Notes: generated by a model from the letters alone, not told the origin. A DNA stretch of 60,589 bases from a virus (IMGVR_UViG_3300033151_000729:1-60589); one strand, 5' to 3'. Counted from the stretch's first letter, positions 47,425 to 58,001 are shown. Translations and numbers: made by a program.

Positions 47425-48537
47425 ATGGGACTCACTAATTTTGCCGGCCTGACATCAGAACAAAAGACAGTCTGGTCAAGGGATCTCTGGTCTGCCGCCC
47501 GAGACAAGATGTTCATTAAGAAGTTTCTGGGCAAAGGCTCAGGTACTATGATTCAACGCATTACCGATTTAACCAAGACAACAAAAGGTGAAAAATGCCT
47601 TATGTTTCTGGTTGCTGACTTGGTTAGTGATGGCGTTGTAGGAGATAATGAGCGCGAAGGTAATGAGGAAGAGCTGAAAGCTTATGACCAAGAAATTGTA
47701 ATCGATTTAGTTAGTCATGGTGTGCGAAATAAAGGTAAGCTCTCTGACCAGAAAACGGTTATCAACTTCCGCCAACAAGCTAAAGACAAGCTGGCTTATT
47801 GGTTAGCTAATCGTCTTGACCAGTTAGCTTTTCTCACTATGTCCGGGATATCTTACGCTCAAATGTGTAACGGTGCAGCAAGGGTTAATTCCTCGTTCCC
47901 AGATCTTTCGTTTGCTGCGGATGTTTCAGCCCCTACCGCAAATCGTCATTTAAATTGGACAGGTTCGGCGCTTGTTGCCGGGAACACCGCAACTGTTGCA
48001 GCTACTTACCTACCCACTTACAAGATGATTGTGGATTTAGTCGCCTTTGCTAAAGACCATTATATCAAGCCTTTGAATGGTGGCGGGAAAGAGTATTATG
48101 TACTTTTGGTCAAGCCAGGAACACTGGCCCATCTCAAAAAAGACGCTGATTATCAACGGGCAGTTACCACGGCCTTGCCACGGAATTCCAAAAATCCTTG
48201 GTTTACAGGCGCTACAGTCACTATTGACGGCGTGGTTATACACGAGCATAACCTTGTCTATAGCACCACCGGACGGGCTGCTGATGCCCTATGGGGTTCT
48301 GGTTCGGATATCGAAGGCACCCGAACCTTACTTTGCGGAGCGCAGTGTTTAGGGATGTCAGATCTTGGGGCACCTGAATGGGCAGAGAAGGAGTTTCAGT
48401 TCGATAGCCAAAAAGGTATCAATATTGATAAGATGTTTGGTTTTTTAAAGCCTAAATATCATTCTATTCATGATGACAATGTGGAAGATTTTGGCATTGT
48501 GGCTATTGACCATTATCTGCCTAACGGAAGATCTTAA
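47425..48537 (+). CDS. Major capsid protein (N4-gp56/DUF4043 type)
   Basis: IQRITDLTKT..GVVGDNEREGNEE..LLCGAQCL..EDFGIVAID. Confidence 0.9.
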   Translation: MGLTNFAGLTSEQKTVWSRDLWSAARDKMFIKKFLGKGSGTMIQRITDLTKTTKGEKCLMFLVADLVSDGVVGDNEREGNEEELKAYDQEIVIDLVSHGVRNKGKLSDQKTVINFRQQAKDKLAYWLANRLDQLAFLTMSGISYAQMCNGAARVNSSFPDLSFAADVSAPTANRHLNWTGSALVAGNTATVAATYLPTYKMIVDLVAFAKDHYIKPLNGGGKEYYVLLVKPGTLAHLKKDADYQRAVTTALPRNSKNPWFTGATVTIDGVVIHEHNLVYSTTGRAADALWGSGSDIEGTRTLLCGAQCLGMSDLGAPEWAEKEFQFDSQKGINIDKMFGFLKPKYHSIHDDNVEDFGIVAIDHYLPNGRS

Positions 48538-48558
48538 TAATCCTTACAGGAACATATC

Positions 48559-48996
48559 ATGACAATGAACAGTAACGAAAAAGTAGGTCGCCAAGAAGTC
48601 ATTGCGGCGTACTTTGATTTTGACATTGAAGATTTCAAGAATGCGGCGGGCACTGTTGTGAGCACCCCAGTGCCTATCGAAGGCTCCTTACCTTCGGGAG
48701 CGTGCATACTGCCCTACGGCAGTTTTGTCATGGTGACAACTGACTTTGACGGCACAACTCAGACTCTTGATATTGGCGACACGTCCGAGGATACTCCTGA
48801 TGTGGACAAGTATCTTGACGGGGGGAGCCTAGCAACTGCTGACACTATGGTTGCTATCTCGAACGCTACGGGGTACGAAGTGCCGAAGGCTTGCAACTTA
48901 ACCCTTAAACTGTCAGCCACAGATTCGACAGAAGGTGTTGGGCGTATTTGCATTCTTTATGTGGTCAACGGGCGATCAGCTTTCAGTCAGGGATAA
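48559..48996 (+). CDS. Capsid decoration/cement protein
   Basis: Beta-rich, VTTDFDG..LDIGD; follows the MCP. Confidence 0.6.
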   Translation: MTMNSNEKVGRQEVIAAYFDFDIEDFKNAAGTVVSTPVPIEGSLPSGACILPYGSFVMVTTDFDGTTQTLDIGDTSEDTPDVDKYLDGGSLATADTMVAISNATGYEVPKACNLTLKLSATDSTEGVGRICILYVVNGRSAFSQG

Positions 48997-49039
48997 TAAA
49001 ACGAGCGGCTGTCCAGGCCGCTCTTACATTTGGTGAATC

Positions 49040-49399
49040 ATGCGCTATAAAAAAATAGGAAACACAACCGCTCGTTTGGCTTCGACATCTGGTCATGTGA
49101 TTATCGTTGGCCCGGAATTCATCGAAGTCCCTGTCCATCTTGAGCCGGAAGCGCACGCTCAAGGTTGTCTCTCGGAAGAAATGTATGAAGCTGTACAAGG
49201 AGAGGTTACAGTTGGATTGACGGTAGAGGATGCTATCCGTAATATGATTTCAATCCCTGAGCAGAATGATTTCACGACACAGGGGTTACCAGACTTGCGG
49301 AGGCTGAAAAATCTTTGCAATCGTCCAGTAACAAAAGAAGAAATGATGGTTGCTTGGGACGTAGTGTCTGCCGAAAAAGACGCTGAAGAAAAGTCGTGA
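49040..49399 (+). CDS. Head-associated hypothetical protein
   Basis: DFTTQGLPDLRRL; synteny. Confidence 0.55.
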   Translation: MRYKKIGNTTARLASTSGHVIIVGPEFIEVPVHLEPEAHAQGCLSEEMYEAVQGEVTVGLTVEDAIRNMISIPEQNDFTTQGLPDLRRLKNLCNRPVTKEEMMVAWDVVSAEKDAEEKS

Positions 49400-50025
49400 A
49401 AAACAGTAGACTTATACAGCGGGTAATGACAGCCCTGAATTCGATGATGTGCCCCGAGGACGTGATTGAAGAGCTGAACATCGGCATGAGTCAAGTTTCG
49501 GCTCTTGTTCTCTTCCCCGAGCTGATCACATCGACCGGCGTAACTTTGGTTCCAGATTCTGACAGTATACCGTTGCCTGTTAACTTCCACCGGAATCTTT
49601 TTTCCTGTAGCAACTCTGAGCAGACTATTACCGTGCTGAACAGCAGGAAGCAACTCCTAGCCGAAACAAATGGCATGATCAGGGGGAGTAATGGGCCTTT
49701 TGCTGTGGCCGTAGAAGGCCGGAATTTGATATATTATCCGGCACCTGTTGAGGAAACAGCTTACGACATTAAATACTACCGTAAACCTACTGAGATAAAG
49801 GACGATGCCAGTGAAACGATCATACCTGTGGAGTTTCAGAAAGTTTTATTCCATTGGGTTCTGTTTTCGTTGTATGATGAGATCGAAGACGGACTGGAGG
49901 GTAAGAAAGTGAACACTATCCATCATGAAAGCAAGTATAACCAATACATCTCGGACTTGAAGTCCTATTACCGGGAAGGGGTGTCTATGTCGCCTGTACC
50001 AATCGTCAAAGGGGAGTTCTACTAG
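49396..50025 (+). CDS. Head-tail adaptor protein
   Basis: LPVNF..IYYPAP..YYRKP..IPVEFQKVL pattern. Confidence 0.7.
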   Translation: MKNSRLIQRVMTALNSMMCPEDVIEELNIGMSQVSALVLFPELITSTGVTLVPDSDSIPLPVNFHRNLFSCSNSEQTITVLNSRKQLLAETNGMIRGSNGPFAVAVEGRNLIYYPAPVEETAYDIKYYRKPTEIKDDASETIIPVEFQKVLFHWVLFSLYDEIEDGLEGKKVNTIHHESKYNQYISDLKSYYREGVSMSPVPIVKGEFY

Positions 50026-50029
50026 AATT

Positions 50030-50575
50030 ATGAAAAAAATACCTACGATCTTTAAAAGAAACCCAGATAATCTAAAAGAAATCACAAGAGAACACCACGC
50101 TAATTGCGAGTGGGTGTTTAACGGCGAAGGAGTGCCAACTCGCAAATACGACGGAACCTGTTGCAAGGTGAGTGGCGGGGTACTTTTTAAGAGGCGGGAG
50201 GTAAAGTGCGGGAAAGAGCCCCCTTGCGGCTTTATCGAGGAGCAACACGACCACGTAACCGGAAAACGTGTGGGTTGGTTACCAGTTGTAGACGGAGACC
50301 CGCAGGATAAGTACCATACAGAGGCGTTCTCGGATCAACCAGACGGAACTTATGAGCTAATTGGCCCCAAGGTACAGGGGAACCCAGAGAGCGTTGATAG
50401 CCATGTCCTCATTTCGCACGCAGCTGCTTTTGTATTCGACCATTGTCCAACTAGCTATGATGAGCTAGAGCAGTGGTTACGGTTAATATGCGGAGAAGGA
50501 GTTGTGTGGCATCATCCAGACGGCAGGATGGCAAAGATTAAAAAGCGTGACTTTGGGATAAAGCGGGTAGTCTAA
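50030..50575 (+). CDS. RNA ligase, RLIG1/C12orf29 (DUF5565)-like nucleotidyltransferase
   Basis: Motif I TRKYDGTCC, TYELIGPKVQGNP, EGVVW, motif V MAKIK. Confidence 0.75.
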   Translation: MKKIPTIFKRNPDNLKEITREHHANCEWVFNGEGVPTRKYDGTCCKVSGGVLFKRREVKCGKEPPCGFIEEQHDHVTGKRVGWLPVVDGDPQDKYHTEAFSDQPDGTYELIGPKVQGNPESVDSHVLISHAAAFVFDHCPTSYDELEQWLRLICGEGVVWHHPDGRMAKIKKRDFGIKRVV

Positions 50576-50809
50576 ATGACAAAACAAACCCAACCAGGAT
50601 CCGCCCTAACAATGGCTGATGCGCTATCACCCGAAGACAGCGAAAAAATGAAGAAAATCCGAGAGAGATCCAGTGCAAAAAGAGATAAAAGAGAAAAGTC
50701 CAAAAGAACCCTGTCCTGAGTGCCAGAGATGGCCGGTAGGGATTGGAGTTGAGTTGAGTAACCCAGTAACCTGTAAAGGTTGCTCTAAGATGGAAAATGA
50801 ATAGTCACC

Positions 50810-50944
50810 ATGCCCCAAACAAGAATATACAGCGGCTCTTCCGGGATCGCAAACACTGTTGACCCTGAACTGATCCCTTTTAACCCGAAAACAGGTGTCG
50901 CTGGTCTCCAGGTACATTATGGCAAACAAACGCACCATATATAA
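50810..50944 (+). pseudogene. Remnant 5' fragment of a tail-protein gene (44 codons)
   Basis: RIYSGSSGIANTVDPELIPFNPKTGVAGL aligns with TIYNGTFGQSNRVASERRQQDVKSGFVAL of the next gene. Confidence 0.5.
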
Positions 50945-51914
50945 CGGCACATTTGGCCAGTCAAACAGGGTTGCATCCGAAAGGCGGCAGCAGGATGTTA
51001 AGTCGGGCTTTGTGGCCTTGGACTGGTCTAAAAATGTCACTATTGATCAGTCTGGGGCTCTAGAGGCTTTGCGGGGTACAGAGCTTGTAGCGGCTGGTAA
51101 CTGGCATTCCATGACCATAGGGCAGGATGGTCAAACAGAAACAGCTTACGTGGTTAAGGAAGGTGCCAACACCGCTTCCGTCGTCAGGCTTGATGCCGAT
51201 AATGGTGCCGTGATCCAGACAACCGTCCTTGAAGGGCTCACAGCCAATCGGCGAATGTCTTGGGCCTGGGCTCCTGCTCCAGGTGGGTACCAGTTATTTT
51301 TCACAAACGGTATCAATTACGGGTGGGTCGAAAAGAGCAATTCGTTCCTGAACAATTGGCCACTGACTGAAAATAATCCCGATCCAGATGCGAATGATGG
51401 CTATGTTCAGTTGCGAGATTTTTTCAAAAAAGTTCCACCGCAAAAAGTAGGCTGGAATGGTTATCGTCTCGTGTTTAGCTTTAACGATTGTGGTAATCAC
51501 TGTGTAGGATTTACAATGCATGGTGCCTATGGCCTTTGGCGGCGTACAGATTGGCTCCAATTTCCTGACAGAGTCATCGAGTACGTGCCCGTGGCTGACG
51601 GTCATTACATAGGGACAGAGATCGCAATATACTTTGTCACGGGACTTTCCGTTACTTCAGAGAGCATGGTAACTCAAATGGCCGGGTTCCCGCTCATTGA
51701 GCACGGGGTGTTGAGCAAGCTTGTTGACCCTTACGACTTTGGCATAGAATCATCCGTGCCTTGCAGGGTCGCCGCCACCCGGGTCGGCCCTTGTTTATTG
51801 ATGGCCGGGGGAAATATTGTACCTCTTATCAAGAAGAGTATGAAGCTTCCTATCATTGATAAAGCTGGTATTGGTGTTTTTGACGAAACAACGATCTTTC
51901 AAACATATAATTAG
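50919..51914 (+). CDS. Tail nozzle/stabilisation-like beta-propeller protein
   Basis: ATG 50919 after AGGT; NVTIDQSG, FFTNG, YIGT; synteny. Confidence 0.6.
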   Translation: MANKRTIYNGTFGQSNRVASERRQQDVKSGFVALDWSKNVTIDQSGALEALRGTELVAAGNWHSMTIGQDGQTETAYVVKEGANTASVVRLDADNGAVIQTTVLEGLTANRRMSWAWAPAPGGYQLFFTNGINYGWVEKSNSFLNNWPLTENNPDPDANDGYVQLRDFFKKVPPQKVGWNGYRLVFSFNDCGNHCVGFTMHGAYGLWRRTDWLQFPDRVIEYVPVADGHYIGTEIAIYFVTGLSVTSESMVTQMAGFPLIEHGVLSKLVDPYDFGIESSVPCRVAATRVGPCLLMAGGNIVPLIKKSMKLPIIDKAGIGVFDETTIFQTYN

Positions 51915-51922
51915 GTGTTTTC

Positions 51923-52642
51923 ATGGCAATCCCCGTCTTTTCAACAGGTCTTAAAGCTGCCGTATCAGGTCGAAGATTAACCGGGTCGAACAAGCTCTTA
52001 ACGGATACAGTGGAATTCACGGCGAATCAGATTCTTGATCCAGGAAAATTGGCAGCATTCAGAGCTGGTGATTTCGTCCATGCTTCTCTTGGGAGTAATG
52101 ACGATATTGAAAATCAGGTTATTACTGGGGATGTCGATCAGCTCACTTTCACAGCAGATGCTTGGACACCTCAAGCATCTGGAACTTCTACCTTGATCCA
52201 GAAACCATCCAGCGGATCGTTACTCGAAGTGATGAAAAATGGAACTTTGCATATTTACGGCTCGCCAATGGGCAGCTCTGCTGATGAAGCGGAGGGTGTA
52301 GCGACACTCCTGGCCATACTTACAAAAAACGGAGGAGCATTCACGCCGGGAGAATCTTCAGCAGGGTTCAGTATGGAGTTAAGCGGTGCTGGTTTAGTTA
52401 AGGCAATAGACCCCTTGACCGGAGTTGAGGAAACTGTGAGTGGTGCTGGGCTAGTAGAAGGTACCCCAACATGGGGTCGTTGGTACGATAATGTAGCTGT
52501 GCAAGGCGCATCTACGACCGCCGTAAGGATGGATGGACAGGTAAGTACTTCTTCATCTGCCTTTTTTACTATCTCAACCTCGATAATCAAGGTGGGTTCT
52601 CCTATATCGTTAATCAGTATCAATCTTGACGTGTCAAACTAA
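51923..52642 (+). CDS. Tail protein
   Basis: LHIYGS..SADEA..GTPTWGRW..RMDGQV. Confidence 0.6.
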   Translation: MAIPVFSTGLKAAVSGRRLTGSNKLLTDTVEFTANQILDPGKLAAFRAGDFVHASLGSNDDIENQVITGDVDQLTFTADAWTPQASGTSTLIQKPSSGSLLEVMKNGTLHIYGSPMGSSADEAEGVATLLAILTKNGGAFTPGESSAGFSMELSGAGLVKAIDPLTGVEETVSGAGLVEGTPTWGRWYDNVAVQGASTTAVRMDGQVSTSSSAFFTISTSIIKVGSPISLISINLDVSN

Positions 52643-53472
52643 TGTTGGCTATCTGGAGTTCGCCTGCCACACCGTTGGGTGTTTCTAATGCTGGCTCCTG
52701 GGGCTGGCAGGGTAACGCAGAAGTCCAACAAAGCAATGCAATTACAGTATCTGGTTTATGGGGTTGGCAAGGCGGCTCGTCCGTTATTGTCACAGAACAA
52801 ATTGCAGTATCTGGCTCATGGGGCTGGCAAGGGAGGGTAGGCCTAGATAACACTTCGGTGAAGGCTTTCGCAGATGGGCGATGGGGCTGGCAAGGGAGAG
52901 CGGCGCTAAGTATTACAAGTGAGTTGTTTTTAACCTGTTCATGGGGCTGGCAAGGCGGAGCAGAACTTCATCTGCAAAAGATCATCCCGGAGTTATCCTG
53001 TTTAGCAATTCAGGGCGCTGTTGGGGATATAGGCCGCAAGGCCGTGACGCTCATTCCTGGTTATGGATTCAATTCGCTTGGTGAAATTAATGGTGTAAGA
53101 ATAGGCGCAAGCGACACTGGGCTTCATAAGTTAGACTCTGGAGACTTACTCAATAGCACTGAATTTGAACGCTCCTTCTCTTTGAAGAAAACTGATTTAG
53201 GTTATCCTCAAAACCTAAAAAAAATGCTCTATGTATATGTTACCTGCGATGGTGACATATCAAAAATGTCTGTTCATTTAAAAGCTGATGATGGCGACTG
53301 GTATGCTTTTCACAGGTGCCACGCTTGGGGGAGGGGTTTCAGGGCCGCTGTTGGCACTCCGACACAGGGTATATACTGGACACTAAAAGTTTCATCAACT
53401 GGATGGTTTCGTGTTGATACTGTCCAAGTCCGTTTCGTTGTCAGATCTTCAGGAATTCAAAAAATAGGCTAA
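52642..53472 (+). CDS. Tail protein with five WGWQG repeats
   Basis: Repeats at about 52693-52955. Confidence 0.6.
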   Translation: MLAIWSSPATPLGVSNAGSWGWQGNAEVQQSNAITVSGLWGWQGGSSVIVTEQIAVSGSWGWQGRVGLDNTSVKAFADGRWGWQGRAALSITSELFLTCSWGWQGGAELHLQKIIPELSCLAIQGAVGDIGRKAVTLIPGYGFNSLGEINGVRIGASDTGLHKLDSGDLLNSTEFERSFSLKKTDLGYPQNLKKMLYVYVTCDGDISKMSVHLKADDGDWYAFHRCHAWGRGFRAAVGTPTQGIYWTLKVSSTGWFRVDTVQVRFVVRSSGIQKIG

Positions 53473-53474
53473 TC

Positions 53475-54164
53475 ATGTCAGAAACTTATGTACTAAAAGC
53501 CGATGAATCAGGCGGTAAAAGCTTCGGTACCTCCAAGCAGAGGAATTTAAACACAGTGGGGGAAGATAGTTTCTCGCAAGACGTAAATGCGGTTTCTTTA
53601 CCTGTTGAATTCAACCCTTTTTACTCCGAAACAGGTGCGGTACGGGTGGTAAGTTCGTCTGATAATACAGGGACAGATTTTGATCTAACAGCTTTCCCGG
53701 CTGATGTAGTTAGTAGCGCTGTTGATGTGTCAGATGCAACGGGTGTTTTTATCTACGGAGCGGTGGAAGTGGCAAATCCACCCGGTGAAAATATTGAGGT
53801 GGTTATATCCCCATTCGCACTTACTTCAGACGGCAAACCCGGAGCACCATTGCCAAGGTTTGTCCTGAGACCTATTTCGCCCTATGTTGGTATATATAGT
53901 AGCGTTTCAACACTCCCTGAGCATTTCTTCAGGGAAAAAGACGCTTCCTTTGTCAGGTACGCTTTTGACACTACCTGGATTCCAACATTCGGTGCGGACA
54001 GGATCGGGCTTTATGTGACGTTTTCGTCAGGACAAACCACGGAGAAATTGATCATCCACGCCGCCAAAACATCGTTTATTGGGAGTATGCAGCAACTTTA
54101 TACTGACGCTCTTAGCGGTAAATGGGGTGAATCGCAGTTCGGCGAGTTTGACGGGGAGTCTTAA
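53475..54164 (+). CDS. Putative virion protein
   Basis: Synteny. Confidence 0.5.
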   Translation: MSETYVLKADESGGKSFGTSKQRNLNTVGEDSFSQDVNAVSLPVEFNPFYSETGAVRVVSSSDNTGTDFDLTAFPADVVSSAVDVSDATGVFIYGAVEVANPPGENIEVVISPFALTSDGKPGAPLPRFVLRPISPYVGIYSSVSTLPEHFFREKDASFVRYAFDTTWIPTFGADRIGLYVTFSSGQTTEKLIIHAAKTSFIGSMQQLYTDALSGKWGESQFGEFDGES

Positions 54165-55517
54165 ATGTCTGGCGTACTTGGTATAGAAAATGTCCCTTAT
54201 AAAGCGTCAGATATAAATGCCTATGCTGCTAGAGAGCTTGTCGAGAGTCAGCTAGATTACTCCAACGCGAAAGCTGATTTCTTCGTTGGGCAACTTGATA
54301 CAGCGATTACCCATTTGGGCGATGCGCAGTCCTTTGTGCCTGATTTCGGCCCCCTGGAAGACCCGCTAGGCAACCTGAAAAAAAGACCATTAAATCTTAT
54401 CCTGCCTGCGCTTCCGAATGCCCCAGATTTAACGGTCAAGCTCAATAACAAATGGCCGGTTTGGGCAGAAGGCGACCCTCACATCAGGACAGTTGACCCG
54501 AGTGTTCCTTACGACGACCCCATCGCCCCGAATCCTCTCGATCAAAGTTTCATCTATACTGCGGGAGAATACTCTTCTGACCTGATAGAACCACTCCAGA
54601 AAGCTTTACTTAAGGATTTAGTTGAAGGTGGAACAGGGTTTACTGAGATGGCTTATGATGCTGTCTTGAGCAGGGAGTCCGAATCCCGCAGGAAAATAAA
54701 CAATCGGCGAAGGGTGGCTGTAGATCGGATCTGCGGGGCAGGCTCCTTGATGCCCTGCGGCTTTACCACTGAGTTAAAACTACAGGTGGAAGAGGATATT
54801 TTCAGGGCAGACAAAGATTCATTGCACGCAGTTCTGATCAAAGATTTTGAAATAACTGATCAAAATACCCGATTAACCAAGGAGCTGATAACTCGTCTTG
54901 AAGAGATGCTTCGGTCTCATTATATCAATGAAGAGAATCTTCTTTTTAACATTGCGTCAACGACTAAAGAAATAGTATTAAAAATATATGATTTCAACCT
55001 CCAGAAATATCTCGCTGACTGGGAGGGGGTTAAGCTGAAATTAGAAGCAAAGCGATTAGAAGTTGAAAATATCATAGCCATAAATAAAAATGAGACTGAT
55101 GTTTATATAGCAAAGGCGGATATATTCGACTCCAGAATAAAAGCTATTGCTAGCGAAAATGAAGCAAGAACCGATAGCGCAAAAGCTAAAGCATCAATAT
55201 ATAATTCGCAGGTGAATGGTGTTGTTGCCCAAATCAATGCATTAATTCAAGAGGTTGACATACACCTGAAAGACCATTTGGCTGACCTCCAAACTGTACT
55301 CGGAAAGGAAGGGTTAAAGCTGGACGCTTTTACATCTGAACAAGGATTGAGGGCGAATGTCTCCACAGCAACAGGTCAGATACTGGCTCAAGCCGTTGCG
55401 TCAGCCTTCGGCATGGTCAATACCGCAGCAAGCTACTCTGGTAGCAATAACCATAGCATGGGGCACTCTTACCACTTGTCAAGTTCGCAAAGCGATAATG
55501 TGAGTACCTCGTTATAA
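54165..55517 (+). CDS. Coiled-coil virion (tail needle/ejection) protein
   Basis: Pro-rich N-part, long heptads, Ser/His-rich end. Confidence 0.55.
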   Translation: MSGVLGIENVPYKASDINAYAARELVESQLDYSNAKADFFVGQLDTAITHLGDAQSFVPDFGPLEDPLGNLKKRPLNLILPALPNAPDLTVKLNNKWPVWAEGDPHIRTVDPSVPYDDPIAPNPLDQSFIYTAGEYSSDLIEPLQKALLKDLVEGGTGFTEMAYDAVLSRESESRRKINNRRRVAVDRICGAGSLMPCGFTTELKLQVEEDIFRADKDSLHAVLIKDFEITDQNTRLTKELITRLEEMLRSHYINEENLLFNIASTTKEIVLKIYDFNLQKYLADWEGVKLKLEAKRLEVENIIAINKNETDVYIAKADIFDSRIKAIASENEARTDSAKAKASIYNSQVNGVVAQINALIQEVDIHLKDHLADLQTVLGKEGLKLDAFTSEQGLRANVSTATGQILAQAVASAFGMVNTAASYSGSNNHSMGHSYHLSSSQSDNVSTSL

Positions 55518-56200
55518 TGGATGCATGGGAACAGTTTGGCCTTTTAGGTAACAGGAAAAAAAAACCTACTACCTATACATTTTCGGGAAACATGCCCGAA
55601 GCCCTAAGCCGGAAAGGAATAGCTGACAAGTACCTTGAAGAGCTGTTGCGAAGCATGAAGTACTCAAAAATTCAGGCCGGTGCTGCTGCAAGCAGGGAAT
55701 ATACCGATGATGCTGGCTCAAAGATAACTATAAATGTTAACTATGGGATTTCTAGAGTTCATATTTTTGTTCCGAATGTTCTTCCAGTAGCCGAAGAAGA
55801 AGGGAAAAAATGCCCCCCAGGTTTTCCATGCTTTGTCTTTGCGACAATAGAAAAAGTTTGGGATGAAGGAGACACCCCTACTGATATACAGGAGCGTATC
55901 AGTGACGGAATTCGGGCGCATTATGACATCTCATTTTGTTATTTCAATAATTATGTCTTGCTTAAGTATTATGTTGTTGAATCAGCCGGGCATGAGATTT
56001 ACGAACCTGGGCAGCACGTCTTACTTGGCCCTACCCCGGACTATCTATTTCAACCTCTTTGCTGTATTGATAAAAAAGACCTTGCTCTTGCTGTGCCTAA
56101 TGATCCGTCAGTTAAGATGAACCATGGGTACCTTACCGCTTATCCCTTGCATATATTCGAAGACATGGCAAAAAAACCTCTGGTAGGTAGCAATGGCTGA
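55517..56200 (+). CDS. Putative tail protein
   Basis: Synteny. Confidence 0.5.
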   Translation: MDAWEQFGLLGNRKKKPTTYTFSGNMPEALSRKGIADKYLEELLRSMKYSKIQAGAAASREYTDDAGSKITINVNYGISRVHIFVPNVLPVAEEEGKKCPPGFPCFVFATIEKVWDEGDTPTDIQERISDGIRAHYDISFCYFNNYVLLKYYVVESAGHEIYEPGQHVLLGPTPDYLFQPLCCIDKKDLALAVPNDPSVKMNHGYLTAYPLHIFEDMAKKPLVGSNG

Positions 56201-58001
56201 ATATGACATTATAGAACCAAGTTTCCCGCCTCCAGTTACAGATCCACCAACGACAAGTTACCCGTACCTTGGCAGTATCGGGGTTCCTAATATGGATTTA
56301 CGTAACAGCTGTATAAAAGAAGTGGAAGTAATTAGTGTGGATGCCTTAGCGAATACTATAGGTATTCGCCTTGATTCAGTAGAGCATCTTGATGTCCCAG
56401 TATGGATACATACCGATTATGGGTGCAGGAGGCGGTACATACAAGGAAAAGAGGCTACCAATCCAGTTGACTACTTTGAGAGAGCGGCCTGCTTGTTCCC
56501 CTTTACAGGTGGTGTGAAGATAGGGGCTGGTATTTATGATACTACCCTCACGCCCAAAGCCTTAGCGTTGGTGCATATTGATCCTGTGACACTACTTGTC
56601 ACTATCAAGGGCATTGTATCCGTTGTGCAGAGTGTGGAAAAAAAACGGGATACTATCGATAATGTGTGTTTTTCAACGTGGAGACCTTATGTAAAGATTA
56701 GATTTCAGGGTTTCAGGTACACCGTGGCAGCTGGGGAGGAATATAAATACAACGCCTCTTACACCTATATTGTTAAAAAATCTGACGGAGTAACCATATA
56801 TGCCCCGTCAACGGTATCGTACAGAACGATTGTCTGGGATCTTCTCGAAGATGCTATTGCGGTTATTCCAAACGCAGCACGGGATGGATATGTTAACGCG
56901 GATACCGAAGACATAGGAGGCAATCCGGCGACAGTGGAAGAAATAAACTCCTTCACTGTTAATTCGGTAAAGGAGTACGATCCTCGCCCGGTTAGTTTCT
57001 TGGAAGCTCAACCGTGGTGTACGACAACTATCGTTGATCCTCAGTCTTCCCCATTCGGAACCTATGTTGACTACGATGGCTCTACACATGGTGATGCTGC
57101 ATGGAATGGCACCACCTCCGGCTCCGCTAACTGGTCAGAGGTGGTTGGGAGTTATTCAGGGTCGTGGTCGGGGGAATTAAACTCGGTATCCACACAACTC
57201 GATAAATGGGCAACACACCCTGATACGTTCTGGCCCCTGCGCGGCGCTTTTAGCTCTCGCTGGTATTACGACACCAGCGACACAGGGTACATCCTGGGGA
57301 GCCAGAACCGCCTTAGCAATGGTGGAAATTACCGAGCAACCTTCACCCTTGACGGAAAGGGGTACGTTGTTAATAGGTATGTTAAAGATTTTAATTTTTC
57401 TAGTGTGGAGACAGATGAAGGGGAACTTGGCTGGCGTAACTACAAGGTTAATGTAGCATACAATTATTCCTTTTACCTGGACATTGTAACGGATGGGGTA
57501 AGTGGCACGGGTTATGACATTCAATGTTCTTCTTCTTTAATGTTTGATGGTGGTGAATCAAGCGAATCGTTGCTAAAGGACTCAGCATACCAGGTAATAA
57601 CAACTAGGCAAGAACCATCTATCACTTTCTCCAGTTCATTTCTTACAGGGGAAACAGGGATAATAACAAGCAGTGTATCATCTGTTATTGCAACCACAAG
57701 CGAATCGGGCGAGAACGTGACACTAGGTATCCAGGACAGGCTGGATACAAATTATACTTATATATTCGGGAAAGATATAATGGGTACGGGGTTGTTTGTT
57801 GATTTTCTAGATTCCGTTCATGATGTTTTTCATGAACCAGGAAACGACTCAGAAAACAATCCAGCAATCTTAGTGGAACTCGGTGAAATTACGGGTATTT
57901 TTACCAATGACTGCTTATATACCCCGGATAGTATACATGTTAAAGATATGGACTACTTGATGATCCCCTACAATTTAAAAGACGCTGAAATTCTTGCATG
58001 A
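56193..58001 (+). CDS. Putative tail/receptor-binding protein (602 aa)
   Basis: Beta-rich and Ser/Thr/Tyr-rich; at the end of the tail module. Confidence 0.55.
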   Translation: MAEYDIIEPSFPPPVTDPPTTSYPYLGSIGVPNMDLRNSCIKEVEVISVDALANTIGIRLDSVEHLDVPVWIHTDYGCRRRYIQGKEATNPVDYFERAACLFPFTGGVKIGAGIYDTTLTPKALALVHIDPVTLLVTIKGIVSVVQSVEKKRDTIDNVCFSTWRPYVKIRFQGFRYTVAAGEEYKYNASYTYIVKKSDGVTIYAPSTVSYRTIVWDLLEDAIAVIPNAARDGYVNADTEDIGGNPATVEEINSFTVNSVKEYDPRPVSFLEAQPWCTTTIVDPQSSPFGTYVDYDGSTHGDAAWNGTTSGSANWSEVVGSYSGSWSGELNSVSTQLDKWATHPDTFWPLRGAFSSRWYYDTSDTGYILGSQNRLSNGGNYRATFTLDGKGYVVNRYVKDFNFSSVETDEGELGWRNYKVNVAYNYSFYLDIVTDGVSGTGYDIQCSSSLMFDGGESSESLLKDSAYQVITTRQEPSITFSSSFLTGETGIITSSVSSVIATTSESGENVTLGIQDRLDTNYTYIFGKDIMGTGLFVDFLDSVHDVFHEPGNDSENNPAILVELGEITGIFTNDCLYTPDSIHVKDMDYLMIPYNLKDAEILA

